A stretch of 64,000 bases of DNA from an uncultured Bacilli bacterium (lineage in GTDB: Bacteria > Bacillota_I > Bacilli_A > RF39 > UBA660). Made by a program: the position numbers and the translations under genes. The stretch spans positions 1,076 to 65,075 of the forward strand of contig CANQST010000001.1 in NCBI GenBank assembly GCA_947626595.1, given 5' to 3'. The notes below the pieces were generated by a model. The model was not told where the DNA came from and ran no database searches. It saw only the letters and a list, made by a program, of their open reading frames with translations. Position 1 is the first letter of the stretch, and the number at the start of each line of letters is the position of its first letter. Shown here piece after piece: positions 1-10,035 of the stretch.

Positions 1-114
1 AAAGTGTATAAATAATATTTATTGTGAGAAAATAGTTGCTTTAAAATATGAGAAAATTAAATTATTCAAGTAAGAAAAAATCAGTTATGTAAAGTTGTAA
101 TAACTGATTTTTTT

Positions 115-900
115 CTATCTTGTTAACTTTTTTTCAATAATAGTAATGATATAATACATTAGATAAGACATTATACCAAGAAGAAATATGGAAGAAATTA
201 CTAAATCAATATTAAATACTTGTGTTCCATACATTATTAAATAACCAAGACCTTTTTTTGATACTAGTAATTCACCCATTATACAACCTATTAAATCCAT
301 TGATATTGCTATTTTAAGGGATGAAAGTATTGTTTTATAATTGCTTGGTAAAATTACTTTCCAAAATATTTGCCATTTGCTAGCATTAAATGATTTCATT
401 AAGGTTACATAAGATTTATCAACACTTATAAAGCCATTGTAAATATTAATAATAGTGATAAAAATACTAATAAGTAGAGCCATGAAAACAATGGAATTAC
501 TACTTGTACCAATCCAAATAATTATTAATGGTCCTAAAGCAACTTTTGGTAGAGAATTGAGTATTGTTATATAAGGATCCATTATTTTAGATATTATTTC
601 AAAACGCCAAAATATTGTTGATACTAGGAAACTAATGGAAATTCCTAATATTAAACTTAATATTACTTCATAGAGTGTTATATATACATGTTTAAAAAGA
701 TTATTATCTTTAATTAAAGATATTAAAGTATTAATAATTCTATTTGGACTAGAAAATAGAAAGGTATTGACTATTTTTGCGTTAGCAAGAATTTGCCATA
801 TAATTATAAAACTAAAAATAATTAGAAGACGGCATATACATATTATAATTTTTTGTCTTTTTAATTTTTTTAAGTATTCTTTATGTTCATTACTTACCAT
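115..900 (-). CDS. ABC transporter permease, NitT/TauT (SsuC-like) family
   Basis: 261-aa polytopic membrane protein. Its start overlaps the upstream ATPase gene (translationally coupled 3-gene operon). Confidence 0.75.
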   Translation of the reverse strand: MVSNEHKEYLKKLKRQKIIICICRLLIIFSFIIIWQILANAKIVNTFLFSSPNRIINTLISLIKDNNLFKHVYITLYEVILSLILGISISFLVSTIFWRFEIISKIMDPYITILNSLPKVALGPLIIIWIGTSSNSIVFMALLISIFITIINIYNGFISVDKSYVTLMKSFNASKWQIFWKVILPSNYKTILSSLKIAISMDLIGCIMGELLVSKKGLGYLIMYGTQVFNIDLVISSIFLLGIMSYLMYYIITIIEKKLTR

Positions 901-1633
901 CTAAATCACTCCAAATCATATCATGATATTTTATAAATTCTTTTGTTTTTCTATTATTTAGTGGTGTTGATTTATTGGTTAATTTAATATTATATATCTT
1001 CTTTATTATAGCTGGTCTATTACTTAATACAATAACTCTATCAGCTATACTTATAGCTTGAGAAATATCGTGAGTTACCATGATGGCACTTTTTTCTTCA
1101 TTTTTAATAATATTATAAATATCTTCACTAACTTTAAGTCTTGATTGATAGTCAAGAGCACTAGTAGCTTCGTCTAAGAGTAATATATCTGGTTTTAAAG
1201 CTAGTGTTCTGATTAAAGCACATCTTTGTCTCATGCCTCCTGATAAACTTGATGGGTATTTATACATAAAGTCTTCTAAACCATAAGTCTTTAGTAAGTT
1301 AATAACATAATTTTTACTGTCATTAGTAAGTTTCTTTTCTACTTCTAAACCGACTAGGCAATTTTCTAGAATAGTTTTCCATGGGAAAAGACAGTCATTT
1401 TGTAGCATATAGCCAATAGATGTATCTTTCTTAAAAGAAAATGTTCCACTACTAGGTTTTTCTAGGTTCATTAAAATAGAAAGTAGAGTAGATTTACCAC
1501 AACCAGATGGTCCTACAATAGCAATTATTTCTTTTTCATTAACATCAAAAGAAATATCTGATAAGGCTACTACTTCTCCATCTTTATCATGATATATCTT
1601 TTTTAAATTATTAACTTTTAGTATTTTACTCAT
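890..1633 (-). CDS. ABC transporter ATP-binding protein (SsuB/TauB-like)
   Basis: Walker A GPSGCGKST, ABC signature LSGGMRQR, Walker B ILLLDEATSALD. Confidence 0.85.
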   Translation of the reverse strand: MSKILKVNNLKKIYHDKDGEVVALSDISFDVNEKEIIAIVGPSGCGKSTLLSILMNLEKPSSGTFSFKKDTSIGYMLQNDCLFPWKTILENCLVGLEVEKKLTNDSKNYVINLLKTYGLEDFMYKYPSSLSGGMRQRCALIRTLALKPDILLLDEATSALDYQSRLKVSEDIYNIIKNEEKSAIMVTHDISQAISIADRVIVLSNRPAIIKKIYNIKLTNKSTPLNNRKTKEFIKYHDMIWSDLDGK

Positions 1634-2609
1634 TATAAATCAACTTACTATATGGAACTTTTTTTTCTAAATCTTTGTTATCTATCATGATATCTTGTAA
1701 GTGATTGAAAGACTTTTTACTAAATTTAACTGTTTTAGGCCAAGCATCTATGTCACGATATCTTTTTATAACTTCTTCTAGGTCATCCAAGGAAGTATCG
1801 GGAAATTGTTTTATAATAGTTTTGGCTACTTGTTGGTTAGAATTATTATGGACATAGTCTAATCCTTTTTGTATGGCTTTAGTAAATTTTTCTATTAAGT
1901 CTTTATTTTCTTTGATAAAACTTTTTCTAGCTGAATAAGAAGTATAAGGAACAATACCTCCTAGTTCTCCAAGACTTGCGACGACGTAACCATATCCTTT
2001 TTTTTCTAGTTGTAAAGCATTGGGTTCAAATAAAGAAACTATATCTCCTTTACCTCCGATAAAGGCTCCACTCATAGCGGAAAAGGCAATTGAAGTGTCA
2101 ACGTATACATCTTTATCAGGATTTATTCCATTTTGTTTTAGAGCATATTTTAAGGTCATTACTGGCATACCACCAGCTCTACCACCAATTATAGTTTTTC
2201 CTTTTAAGTCTTTAACAGTAAAGTTATCTATTTTTTTTCTAGATACTAAGAAAGAACCATCTTTTTGAGTAAGTTGAGCAAAAGTTTTTAAATAATCTTT
2301 CTCACCACCATTATACACATAAATGGTTGCCTCACTTCCTGATAAACCAATATCGGCATCTTTTGATAATAAAGCTGCTGAAACTTTATCAGCTCCACTT
2401 GTTAAAATAAGTTCAACATCTAATCCTTCTTCTTTAAAATAACCTTTTTCTAAGGCAACATATTGAGGAGCATAAAAACATGTATGGGCAACTTCTGCTA
2501 GAGTTATTTTATTATTTTTATTTTCTTTATTAAAATCTAATAAAACACTTAATACTAAAAGTAATAGTAATAATCCACATCCAATAAAAATAAAAATTTG
2601 CTTCTTCAT
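1626..2609 (-). CDS. ABC transporter substrate-binding protein, NMT1/THI5-like
   Basis: N-terminal signal/lipobox-like FIGCGLLLLL. 327-aa periplasmic-binding fold. First gene of the minus-strand operon. Confidence 0.7.
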   Translation of the reverse strand: MKKQIFIFIGCGLLLLLLVLSVLLDFNKENKNNKITLAEVAHTCFYAPQYVALEKGYFKEEGLDVELILTSGADKVSAALLSKDADIGLSGSEATIYVYNGGEKDYLKTFAQLTQKDGSFLVSRKKIDNFTVKDLKGKTIIGGRAGGMPVMTLKYALKQNGINPDKDVYVDTSIAFSAMSGAFIGGKGDIVSLFEPNALQLEKKGYGYVVASLGELGGIVPYTSYSARKSFIKENKDLIEKFTKAIQKGLDYVHNNSNQQVAKTIIKQFPDTSLDDLEEVIKRYRDIDAWPKTVKFSKKSFNHLQDIMIDNKDLEKKVPYSKLIYNE

Positions 2610-2704
2610 AAATTCTCCTTTCTAACTAAAGTATTATATGAAAAAGTACAAAAAAGTGTCATTAAATTAAACTAGATAAATATATTTTACTAGGATGGTG
2701 GATT

Positions 2705-4060
2705 ATGAATAAAAGAATAGTATCTTTCTTAATAATTTTTTTATCAGTTTCTCTTGTTGTTTTAAGAAGTAGTGATTTTTTTAAAGAAAAGGAAAAAGTT
2801 CATAAGATAACGGGAATAGTTTTAAATAAGGAAAAAGATAAGGTCCTTTTTAAGACTAGTAATGGTACTTATACTTTTAAGTCTACTGATAATTTTTCTA
2901 TTGGAGATAATATTATAGTAGAATATACGGGGCTTTTAAATACTAATAGAAATATACAAGATATAAAAGTAGTTAATACTCTTCAAACTAGTGAAGAAAC
3001 TGATAGTAATAATATTCCTCTTTCTTGGTTAGATAATGGTATTTTTAAAGATTATTATGTTTTAGCTAAGAAGAAGTTAGAAGAGTTATCTTTAGAGGAA
3101 AAAATTAATCAACTTTTACTAGTAAAATATAGTTCTAAAGCTAAAGAAGATTTAGAAGAAAGAGCTTTTTCAGGTTTTGTTTTTTATGAAAATGATTTTA
3201 AAGATAAAACTAAGGAAGAAGTTATTTCTAATATGGATAGTTTAAATGAAAAATCTAAAATACCTCTTTTAATGGCAGTTGACGAAGAGGGAGGAGAAGT
3301 TGTTAGGGTAAGTAGTAATAAAAATTTGGTATCTACACCTTTTTTATCACCTAGTGAGCTTTATCAAAAGGGTGGGTTTAAGGAAATTGAAAAAGATACT
3401 ATTAATAAGAGTAATATTTTGAATAGTTTAAAGATAAATGTTAATTTAGCACCGGTAGTAGATGTTTCTAATAGTGATGAGGATTATATTTATGAGAGAA
3501 CTTTAAAAGAAGATACTTCTAAAGTTTCAGAGTTTGCGAAGACCGTTATAAAAGCTAGTAAAAATACTGGCGTATCTTATACTTTGAAACATTTTCCTGG
3601 TTATGGTAATAATGAGGATACGCATACTTCTAGTAGTACAGATATGAGATCTTTAGAATTGATTAAAGAAAGAGATATTCCACCTTTTAAAGAAGGTATT
3701 GCTGCGGGAGCAGAAGCTATTTTAGTAAGTCATAATATTGTTAATAGTATAGATAGTGAAAATCCATCTTCATTATCTGTCAAAGTCCATGAAATGTTAC
3801 GTAAAGATTTACAATTTAGTGGTATTGTTATTAGTGACGATATGGAAATGAAAGCTTTATCTGGAATAGAAGATAGTATTACGAAAGCTATAAGTAGTGG
3901 TAATGATTTAATAATAGTTGGAGATTATGCTAAAGCTTTTGAGGAAATAAAAAAATCATTAGAGGAAAAGAAGATAAGTAATAATTTAATTGATAGAGCG
4001 GTATTTAGAGTATTAGCTTGGAAATATTATAAGGGGTTATTTTTTGAAAAACATAAGTAA
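2705..4060 (+). CDS. membrane-anchored glycoside hydrolase family 3 (NagZ-like beta-N-acetylhexosaminidase)
   Basis: N-terminal TM segment, KHFPGYG motif typical of GH3/NagZ, D-rich catalytic region. Confidence 0.7.
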   Translation: MNKRIVSFLIIFLSVSLVVLRSSDFFKEKEKVHKITGIVLNKEKDKVLFKTSNGTYTFKSTDNFSIGDNIIVEYTGLLNTNRNIQDIKVVNTLQTSEETDSNNIPLSWLDNGIFKDYYVLAKKKLEELSLEEKINQLLLVKYSSKAKEDLEERAFSGFVFYENDFKDKTKEEVISNMDSLNEKSKIPLLMAVDEEGGEVVRVSSNKNLVSTPFLSPSELYQKGGFKEIEKDTINKSNILNSLKINVNLAPVVDVSNSDEDYIYERTLKEDTSKVSEFAKTVIKASKNTGVSYTLKHFPGYGNNEDTHTSSSTDMRSLELIKERDIPPFKEGIAAGAEAILVSHNIVNSIDSENPSSLSVKVHEMLRKDLQFSGIVISDDMEMKALSGIEDSITKAISSGNDLIIVGDYAKAFEEIKKSLEEKKISNNLIDRAVFRVLAWKYYKGLFFEKHK

Positions 4061-4090
4061 AAAACTTTCTTTTTCTTTATACTTATGTAG

Positions 4091-4119
4091 TTGACATGGT
4101 AAAACTTTTGTACTATAAT
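4091..4119 (+). promoter_or_regulatory. sigma-A promoter, TTGACA-17-TATAAT (perfect consensus)
   Basis: ttgacatggtaaaacttttgtactataat read directly from the sequence. Confidence 0.6.
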
Positions 4120-4141
4120 TGGTATGTAAGCAAAAAAAAGC

Positions 4142-4170
4142 TTGTCAAATAGGGCAATTTATGGTATAAT
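4142..4170 (+). promoter_or_regulatory. second sigma-A promoter, TTGTCA-17-TATAAT
   Basis: ttgtcaaatagggcaatttatggtataat, 51 bp downstream of the first promoter and ~25 bp before the RBS gaggggg. Confidence 0.6.
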
Positions 4171-4195
4171 ATGTACCAATTAAGTGAGGGGGATT

Positions 4196-5704
4196 ATGAA
4201 AATGAAATCACTAAAAAAAGTAACTAAAATACTATTAATTATGTTGCTTTCTTTAACAACTTTTGTTGAAACAGATTTTACGGCTAAAGCAGCTGAAAAA
4301 CAAATAGTTCTTGGTGAGTTGGAAGTTTTACCAAGATATATTGCCGGCGTTTTAATAGATGCCAAGAAGACAACAAGTGGACAATATGTTTACTGTGTTG
4401 ATAATAGTAAGGAGACTGCTAAGAATACAACAGCTAATCTAGTAGGAGAAGCTAATGCTGGCGTTACGGCTATTTTAAATAATGCTTATCCTGTAAAGAG
4501 TATAACTGGTGATAAGGCAAAGGATTATTACATTACTCAAGCTGCTATTTGGTGGTATTTGGATGATGTAACAGGTAGTTCTAACTTGGGTTCACAATTT
4601 AAAGAAACAGGAGCTGATCCACAAAATTTAAGAAGTTATATTAAAAATCTTGTTAATGTTGGAAAAAGTGGAAGTACAACTTATCAAACTGTTTTAACTT
4701 TGGGTACAAGTGATACTAATATGAATTTAAAAAGTGGTTATTATGTATCAAATGCTTTAAAGGCAACAAGTGTTTCTAATATTAATAGTTATACTGTTAG
4801 TTTACAAAATGCTCCAAGTGGTAGTGAAGTTTTCAATTCTAAAGGAGAAATTACTAATACTATTGCTTCTAATGATAGTTTTTATGTAAGAGTTCCTGTT
4901 AGTAAAGTAGAAAGTGCATCATTAACTATTGGTGTTACTATTACTGGTAAGAGCGCAATTAAGAAGGCTTATGTTTATCGACCTGTTAATGGTATGCAAG
5001 ATGTAACTTTATTGGAAGAAGAGACAAAATCTTCTAGTATAAATCTTACTTTAGCAACTTCTAAAGTAACAATTGTTAAAGTAGATGGTAAAACTAATAA
5101 ACCTTTAGCAGGAGCTAAATTAGTTTTAATGGACGCTAGTGGAAAAGAAATAACATCTTGGACTTCAACAGTTAATGGTCATGTTATTAGAAATTTAAAA
5201 GATGGTGAATATATTCTTAAAGAAGTATCTGCACCAAAAGGTTATAAATTAAATTCTAAACAACTTAAGTTTACTGTTGATAGTAAAAATAGAGATATTA
5301 AAATAAAAGTAGTTAATGAACCTAATGAAGTGGTTGTTAATATTACTAAGATAGATGCATCTACTAATAATCCATTAAGTGGAGCTATCTTAGTAGTAAA
5401 AGATGCTGATGGTAATATTGTTGCTCGTTTTACAAGTACTGATAAATCATATACTATTACTGATTTAGCTTATGGAACATATACTGTTGAGGAAGAAAAG
5501 GCACCTGCTGGTTATAAAGCTAGTGAGGAAAAAATAACATTTACTATTGATGAAGATCATTTATCACATCAAATAATGTTTGAAAATTATCCAGAGGTTG
5601 TTGTACCAGATACATCTTCTAGTTCATTACTATTTAGTTTATTAGGTATTAGCTTAATTGGTTTAGGAATTAGATTTGTATATAAAAATGGAAAGAAAGC
5701 TTAG
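4196..5704 (+). CDS. thioester-domain surface adhesin (TIE-protein-like) with Cna-B/SpaA isopeptide domains and C-terminal sorting signal
   Basis: Signal peptide. Cys in YVYCVD plus the TQAAIWWY thioester motif. Two prealbumin-like Cna-B repeats (GAKLVLMDASGKEI..., GAILVVKDADGNIV...). C-terminus VPDTS followed by a hydrophobic stretch and KNGKKA. Start could be 4184 (GTG), 4196 or 4202. Confidence 0.8.
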   Translation: MKMKSLKKVTKILLIMLLSLTTFVETDFTAKAAEKQIVLGELEVLPRYIAGVLIDAKKTTSGQYVYCVDNSKETAKNTTANLVGEANAGVTAILNNAYPVKSITGDKAKDYYITQAAIWWYLDDVTGSSNLGSQFKETGADPQNLRSYIKNLVNVGKSGSTTYQTVLTLGTSDTNMNLKSGYYVSNALKATSVSNINSYTVSLQNAPSGSEVFNSKGEITNTIASNDSFYVRVPVSKVESASLTIGVTITGKSAIKKAYVYRPVNGMQDVTLLEEETKSSSINLTLATSKVTIVKVDGKTNKPLAGAKLVLMDASGKEITSWTSTVNGHVIRNLKDGEYILKEVSAPKGYKLNSKQLKFTVDSKNRDIKIKVVNEPNEVVVNITKIDASTNNPLSGAILVVKDADGNIVARFTSTDKSYTITDLAYGTYTVEEEKAPAGYKASEEKITFTIDEDHLSHQIMFENYPEVVVPDTSSSSLLFSLLGISLIGLGIRFVYKNGKKA

Positions 5705-6326
5705 TTACATAAAAAAGAACTCTTCATTAGTGGCCTTAATAGGTAGCTTAATTACATTAATTGGAGGGTTCTTTCTTTCTTATAATTATATTCAGACTAA
5801 GAAAATGATAGCTTTTGATTATATGAATAATGCTATTTATGATGGTAGTGAAATAATTATAGAAACTGATAATCCTACATTAAATCTAGATAATAATTTA
5901 CCTGCTGAAGTTAGCAATGATTATATAGGATATTTGTCAATACCTAAGATAAACTTGAAGAAAGGTTTTCTTGATTTACGTTCTAGTGAAAATGATGTTG
6001 ATAAGAATATTCTTGTTGTTAAGGGTTCAACTTATCCTGATGTTGATAAGGGTAATTTGATAATAGCTGGACATTCTGGTACTGGTTGGAAAGCTTTTTT
6101 CAATGATTTATATAAACTAAATAAAAATGATTTAGTATATGTTTCTTATAAAGATAAAAAGTATACTTATAAAATTACTAATATTTATAAACAAGAAAAG
6201 ACAGGAACTGTTGCGATATATCGTGATTATGATAAAACAACACTTACTTTAATTACTTGTACGAACTTCGATACTAAGAGTCAAACAATCTATATTTCAG
6301 AATTAATTAGTGTCGAAGAAGAATAA
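5688..6326 (+). CDS. sortase (cysteine transpeptidase)
   Basis: N-terminal TM anchor, LIIAGHSG (catalytic His), TLITCT (catalytic Cys). Overlaps the end of the adhesin gene. No Arg visible in the expected position after the Cys. Confidence 0.75.
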   Translation: MERKLSYIKKNSSLVALIGSLITLIGGFFLSYNYIQTKKMIAFDYMNNAIYDGSEIIIETDNPTLNLDNNLPAEVSNDYIGYLSIPKINLKKGFLDLRSSENDVDKNILVVKGSTYPDVDKGNLIIAGHSGTGWKAFFNDLYKLNKNDLVYVSYKDKKYTYKITNIYKQEKTGTVAIYRDYDKTTLTLITCTNFDTKSQTIYISELISVEEE

Positions 6327-6350
6327 AATTAAATAAGGGGGTTAAGGGGT

Positions 6351-7232
6351 ATGGAAAAATTGTCGTTACTAGAAAAATTACAAATACTACTAAAAGTAAG
6401 TAAAAATTCTAAGTTATTTATTGTATTAATAATTTTTCTAATCTTTTTAGCTTATATATTATTTTCTACAAATAAGAAGAATAAGAAAACAACTAAGAGT
6501 ATTTTTGTCTTAATATATACCTTTATCTTCTTATTTATAGTTATAACTTATCATTCTTCTTTTGGAAAAATGTTTGATTATTTAATGAATAATTTATTTA
6601 TTATATTTTATTTTCCTAATTTAGCTATTTATCTTGTAGCGATTATAATTACTAATGTAATTGTATGGAAGAGTGTTTTTAGTGAAAAAATAGTTAAGTT
6701 TATTAAGTATCTTAATATTACTATTTTTTGTATTTTAAATTATTTACTTGCTTTGATATTAAGTGTTATTACTAGTAATAATTTAGATATATATACAGTA
6801 AGTTCTGTTTATAGTAATAAAAATGCTTTAGGTTTAATTGAATTATCAAGTACTATTTTTGTAGTTTGGGTAGTTTTCCTAATCGTTTATAAAATATATT
6901 TTACTTATCTAAATAAAGGTAAAAAGGTTTTGATGGAAAGAAAGTTACCTGATAATATAAGAGAAACTAGTATTCCTAGTAGTGTTAGATATGTTAAGAA
7001 TAAGAACTATAATATAAAAAATACATTAGAAGTAGAGAAAATAGAGAAGACTTTAACTTTAGAAGATTATAAATTATTATTAAATATGTTGAAAGAGAAA
7101 GAAAAAGTTGATTTATTTACTCACAATGATTTTTACAATGAACCTGAAATTATTGAGACTAAAAATATTGAAAGTGTTAAGGAACAGTCTATTTTTGAAG
7201 AATTAAAAGCTTTATATGATATTAATGAATAG
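6351..7232 (+). CDS. polytopic membrane protein, unknown function
   Basis: 293 aa, multiple hydrophobic helices, 24 bp downstream of the sortase gene. Confidence 0.45.
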   Translation: MEKLSLLEKLQILLKVSKNSKLFIVLIIFLIFLAYILFSTNKKNKKTTKSIFVLIYTFIFLFIVITYHSSFGKMFDYLMNNLFIIFYFPNLAIYLVAIIITNVIVWKSVFSEKIVKFIKYLNITIFCILNYLLALILSVITSNNLDIYTVSSVYSNKNALGLIELSSTIFVVWVVFLIVYKIYFTYLNKGKKVLMERKLPDNIRETSIPSSVRYVKNKNYNIKNTLEVEKIEKTLTLEDYKLLLNMLKEKEKVDLFTHNDFYNEPEIIETKNIESVKEQSIFEELKALYDINE

Positions 7233-7252
7233 GAGTAATTCCTATTTTTTTG
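7231..7252 (+). terminator. rho-independent terminator (stem tagga/tccta plus T7)
   Basis: taggagtaattcctattttttt. Confidence 0.4.
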
Positions 7253-7278
7253 GCTATAATAAATATATATAAATTTTT

Positions 7279-7305
7279 TTAGCACTTTCACTTGACAAGT
7301 GCTAA
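7279..7305 (+). promoter_or_regulatory. CIRCE (HrcA operator) inverted repeat TTAGCACTT-N9-AAGTGCTAA
   Basis: ttagcactttcacttgacaagtgctaa matches the CIRCE consensus TTAGCACTC-N9-GAGTGCTAA. It overlaps a TTGACA-17-TATATT promoter (7292-7320) directly upstream of hsp20. Confidence 0.75.
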
Positions 7306-7350
7306 AAATAGGTGTATATTATAGTTGTAATGAAAGGAAGATGATTAATT

Positions 7351-7734
7351 ATGAATTTAATCCCAAGAAATTTTTATCTAGACGATGTCTTTGATAATGC
7401 TAATGTAAACATTATGAAAAGTGATATCTATGAAAAAGGTGGTGTTTATCACATTGAAATGGAAATGCCAGGTTTTTCTAAAGAAGATATCAAGATAGAA
7501 ACAAAGGATGGGTATGTTACTATTAAAGCAACTAAGAAAGAAGTTTTAGACGAGGGTGATGAGAGTAAAAATTATCTTCGTCGTGAAAGAAGTTTTGGTG
7601 AATATGAGAGAAGTTTTTATTTAGGAGATTTTGATACTGATAAGGTTGAAGCTTCTTTCAAAGGTGGTATTCTAGAAGTAGTAGTACCTAAAAAAGAAGA
7701 ACAAGATAATAAGAAAACAATTGAAATTAAATAG
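7351..7734 (+). CDS. small heat-shock protein, Hsp20/alpha-crystallin family
   Basis: 127 aa with the alpha-crystallin domain signature (…GVYHIEMEMPGF…GILEVVVPK). Confidence 0.9.
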   Translation: MNLIPRNFYLDDVFDNANVNIMKSDIYEKGGVYHIEMEMPGFSKEDIKIETKDGYVTIKATKKEVLDEGDESKNYLRRERSFGEYERSFYLGDFDTDKVEASFKGGILEVVVPKKEEQDNKKTIEIK

Positions 7735-7794
7735 GCTTAGGTCTATTTTTTTTTAACTACTTATGGTAAAATAATAGTAATATTAAGGTAGGAG

Positions 7795-9981
7795 TTGGTT
7801 AGAGTGGTGAAGTTAGTAAATACTTATTTTGCTTTAAGTGCTTTGATTTTGAATATTATTTTAATTATCTTTTTTTATAATAAAAAGATAGATAGTAAGA
7901 AATACTTAAGATTACTACTATTTGGAATAGGAGAAGCAATATTTAATTTAGTAATAAATGTTTCTTTAATTAGAAATGGTTTTACATTGGAATTACTAAC
8001 TAAAATTAGCTATCTTTTACAAATTATTTTCTTAGACCTTTTGTTTTCCTATGTATATTCTCTTACTTCTAAGAGAAGTATACTTAAAGATATTATTTGT
8101 TATGGTGTTTCGACATTGTTTATTACTTTAATTATTGTTATGCCATTAAAAAAATCTTTAGTGGGGTTAGCAGATACTTTTTTACTTATTGGTTCTAGTT
8201 TCTTTATTGTTATGAGTTTGATTTATAGTTTAAAATATCTAATAAAAGATAAAGATAAAGCTAATTCTAGTTATTTATTATTTATTTTATTTGGATTAGT
8301 TCTTATATCTAAGTATATTAATGTTTTTTCTAATATAGGTTCTTATATGTATTCTCTTATTTTATTAGTTATTTTTATAGTTTTTGAAAATAATGATATA
8401 AAAACTATTAAGAAGTTAGAAAAGGCTAAAGAGAAAATTTCTAAAGAAAGTAAAAATAAAATGCAATTTATAACAGATTTATCTACGAGTATAAAAGAAC
8501 CTCTTGATAATATAGTTAATTTAAGTGAAGAAATTGAAAAAGAAGAAAGTTTAGATAAAGTAAAGGAAAGTACTAGGAATATAGTTAAAGAAGTAAATAC
8601 TTTAGAGGAAATAGTTAGTGGTGTTTTAGATATTTCTAGGATAAATACTGGTAATTTTGAAATTAAAAATGAACTCTATAATCCTAAGGATAAGTTTTTA
8701 GAGTTAGCTTTAAAGATGCAGGAGAAAATGAATGGTAAAGATATAGAGTTTTCATATAATATTGATCCATGTCTTCCAGAGCATTTATGTGGTGATTATT
8801 TGAATATAGAAAAAATAGTTGTTAATCTATTGAGTAATGCTTATAAGTATACAGATAGTGGTTATATTCATTTTGACGTTAGTGCGGTAGTTAATAATGG
8901 AATGTGTCGTTTGGTTATTTTTGTGGAAGATACAGGTAAGGGAATAAAGAGCGAAGATGTTGATAAATTATTTGATAAGTTAGATAATACTGATACAAAG
9001 TCTACGCCAATTAAAGGAACAGGAGTTGGATTGGCACTTACAAAAGAGTTAGTTGAAATGATGGGTGGAAAAATAATTGTTCATACTATTTATGGAGAAG
9101 GTTCAAAATTTAGTGTTGTTATTAATCAACAAGTAATAAATGAAGTAGGAAGTTCAATTAATCCTAATGGTTATAATGATATTTCTTGTTCTAATATGAG
9201 GGTAGTGGTAGTTGATGATGATGAGGTTAATTTAAAAGTAATTCAAAAACTTTTAGAGAGATTTTCTCTTACTGATGTTTTGCTTTTTAATAATACTTTG
9301 TCTTTAACATCAAAAATGAAAGAGAATTATAAATGTGATTTTATTTTACTTGATACAATAATGCCTAATGTGTCTTATGAAAAAGTTATTAAAGAATTAA
9401 GAGAAATACCGGACTTTGATATTCCAGTAGTAGCGCTAGTACCAAACTTTTCTAATGAAGAAAAGGATAAATATATAGAAAAGGGCTTTTTTGATGTACT
9501 AGGTAAACCTACTAAGAAGGAAGATTTAGTTGAGCTTCTTAATAAGATAAAGGAAAAAGCTAATAATATAGAAGATTTAGAAGTAGGAAAAAGTATTGTT
9601 GAACCACCTGCTATTGGTGATGTAGATTACTTAAAAAGTAGGGGTGTAGATATAGATAAATCTTTAGAGTTATTAGGTGATATGGAAATGTATAATGATA
9701 CTATAAAGGATTTTTTGAGTGAAGTAGAAGAAAAGTGGATGCGTATTGAGAGGTATAAATTAGAAGGTGATATGGAAAATTACGCTATTGATGTTCATTC
9801 ATTGAAGAGTGATGCTAAGTACTTGGGCTTTATGAAATTAGCTGATTTAAGTTATCAACATGAATTGTCTAGTAAGGCTAAAGATACTAACTTTATTGAT
9901 AAGAACTTTTCTATTTTAGAGGAAGAATTTAATAAAGTATTGAATATTGCTAAGGACTATGTGGAAAGATATTTAAAATAA
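7795..9981 (+). CDS. hybrid sensor histidine kinase (multi-TM sensor, HisKA-HATPase, receiver, Hpt)
   Basis: ~7 N-terminal TM helices, HATPase motifs (NLLSNAYKYT, GTGVGLAL), receiver domain (VVVVDDDEVN…LLDTIMP), C-terminal Hpt-like HSLKSDAKYLG. TTG start. Confidence 0.8.
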   Translation: MVRVVKLVNTYFALSALILNIILIIFFYNKKIDSKKYLRLLLFGIGEAIFNLVINVSLIRNGFTLELLTKISYLLQIIFLDLLFSYVYSLTSKRSILKDIICYGVSTLFITLIIVMPLKKSLVGLADTFLLIGSSFFIVMSLIYSLKYLIKDKDKANSSYLLFILFGLVLISKYINVFSNIGSYMYSLILLVIFIVFENNDIKTIKKLEKAKEKISKESKNKMQFITDLSTSIKEPLDNIVNLSEEIEKEESLDKVKESTRNIVKEVNTLEEIVSGVLDISRINTGNFEIKNELYNPKDKFLELALKMQEKMNGKDIEFSYNIDPCLPEHLCGDYLNIEKIVVNLLSNAYKYTDSGYIHFDVSAVVNNGMCRLVIFVEDTGKGIKSEDVDKLFDKLDNTDTKSTPIKGTGVGLALTKELVEMMGGKIIVHTIYGEGSKFSVVINQQVINEVGSSINPNGYNDISCSNMRVVVVDDDEVNLKVIQKLLERFSLTDVLLFNNTLSLTSKMKENYKCDFILLDTIMPNVSYEKVIKELREIPDFDIPVVALVPNFSNEEKDKYIEKGFFDVLGKPTKKEDLVELLNKIKEKANNIEDLEVGKSIVEPPAIGDVDYLKSRGVDIDKSLELLGDMEMYNDTIKDFLSEVEEKWMRIERYKLEGDMENYAIDVHSLKSDAKYLGFMKLADLSYQHELSSKAKDTNFIDKNFSILEEEFNKVLNIAKDYVERYLK

Positions 9982-10035
9982 CTTTCAAATTTTCTTTAAA
10001 TAAGTTATAATAATACTATTACAAGGAGGCAGAAG

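Noticed and set aside
2020-2268. 82-aa plus-strand ORF inside the substrate-binding protein gene
   Set aside because: It lies entirely antisense to a well-supported CDS, has a low-complexity P/I-rich translation, and no RBS. It is an artefact of AT-rich sequence.
2610-2704. Possible TPP/THI riboswitch upstream of the NMT1/THI5-like transporter operon
   Set aside because: The divergent intergenic region is only ~95 bp and AT-rich. There is no room or conserved stems for a thi-box (no CUGAGA-like element seen).
4180-4365. 61-aa minus-strand ORF overlapping the thioester adhesin start
   Set aside because: It is antisense to the adhesin 5' end and promoters. It has no RBS and no conserved features.
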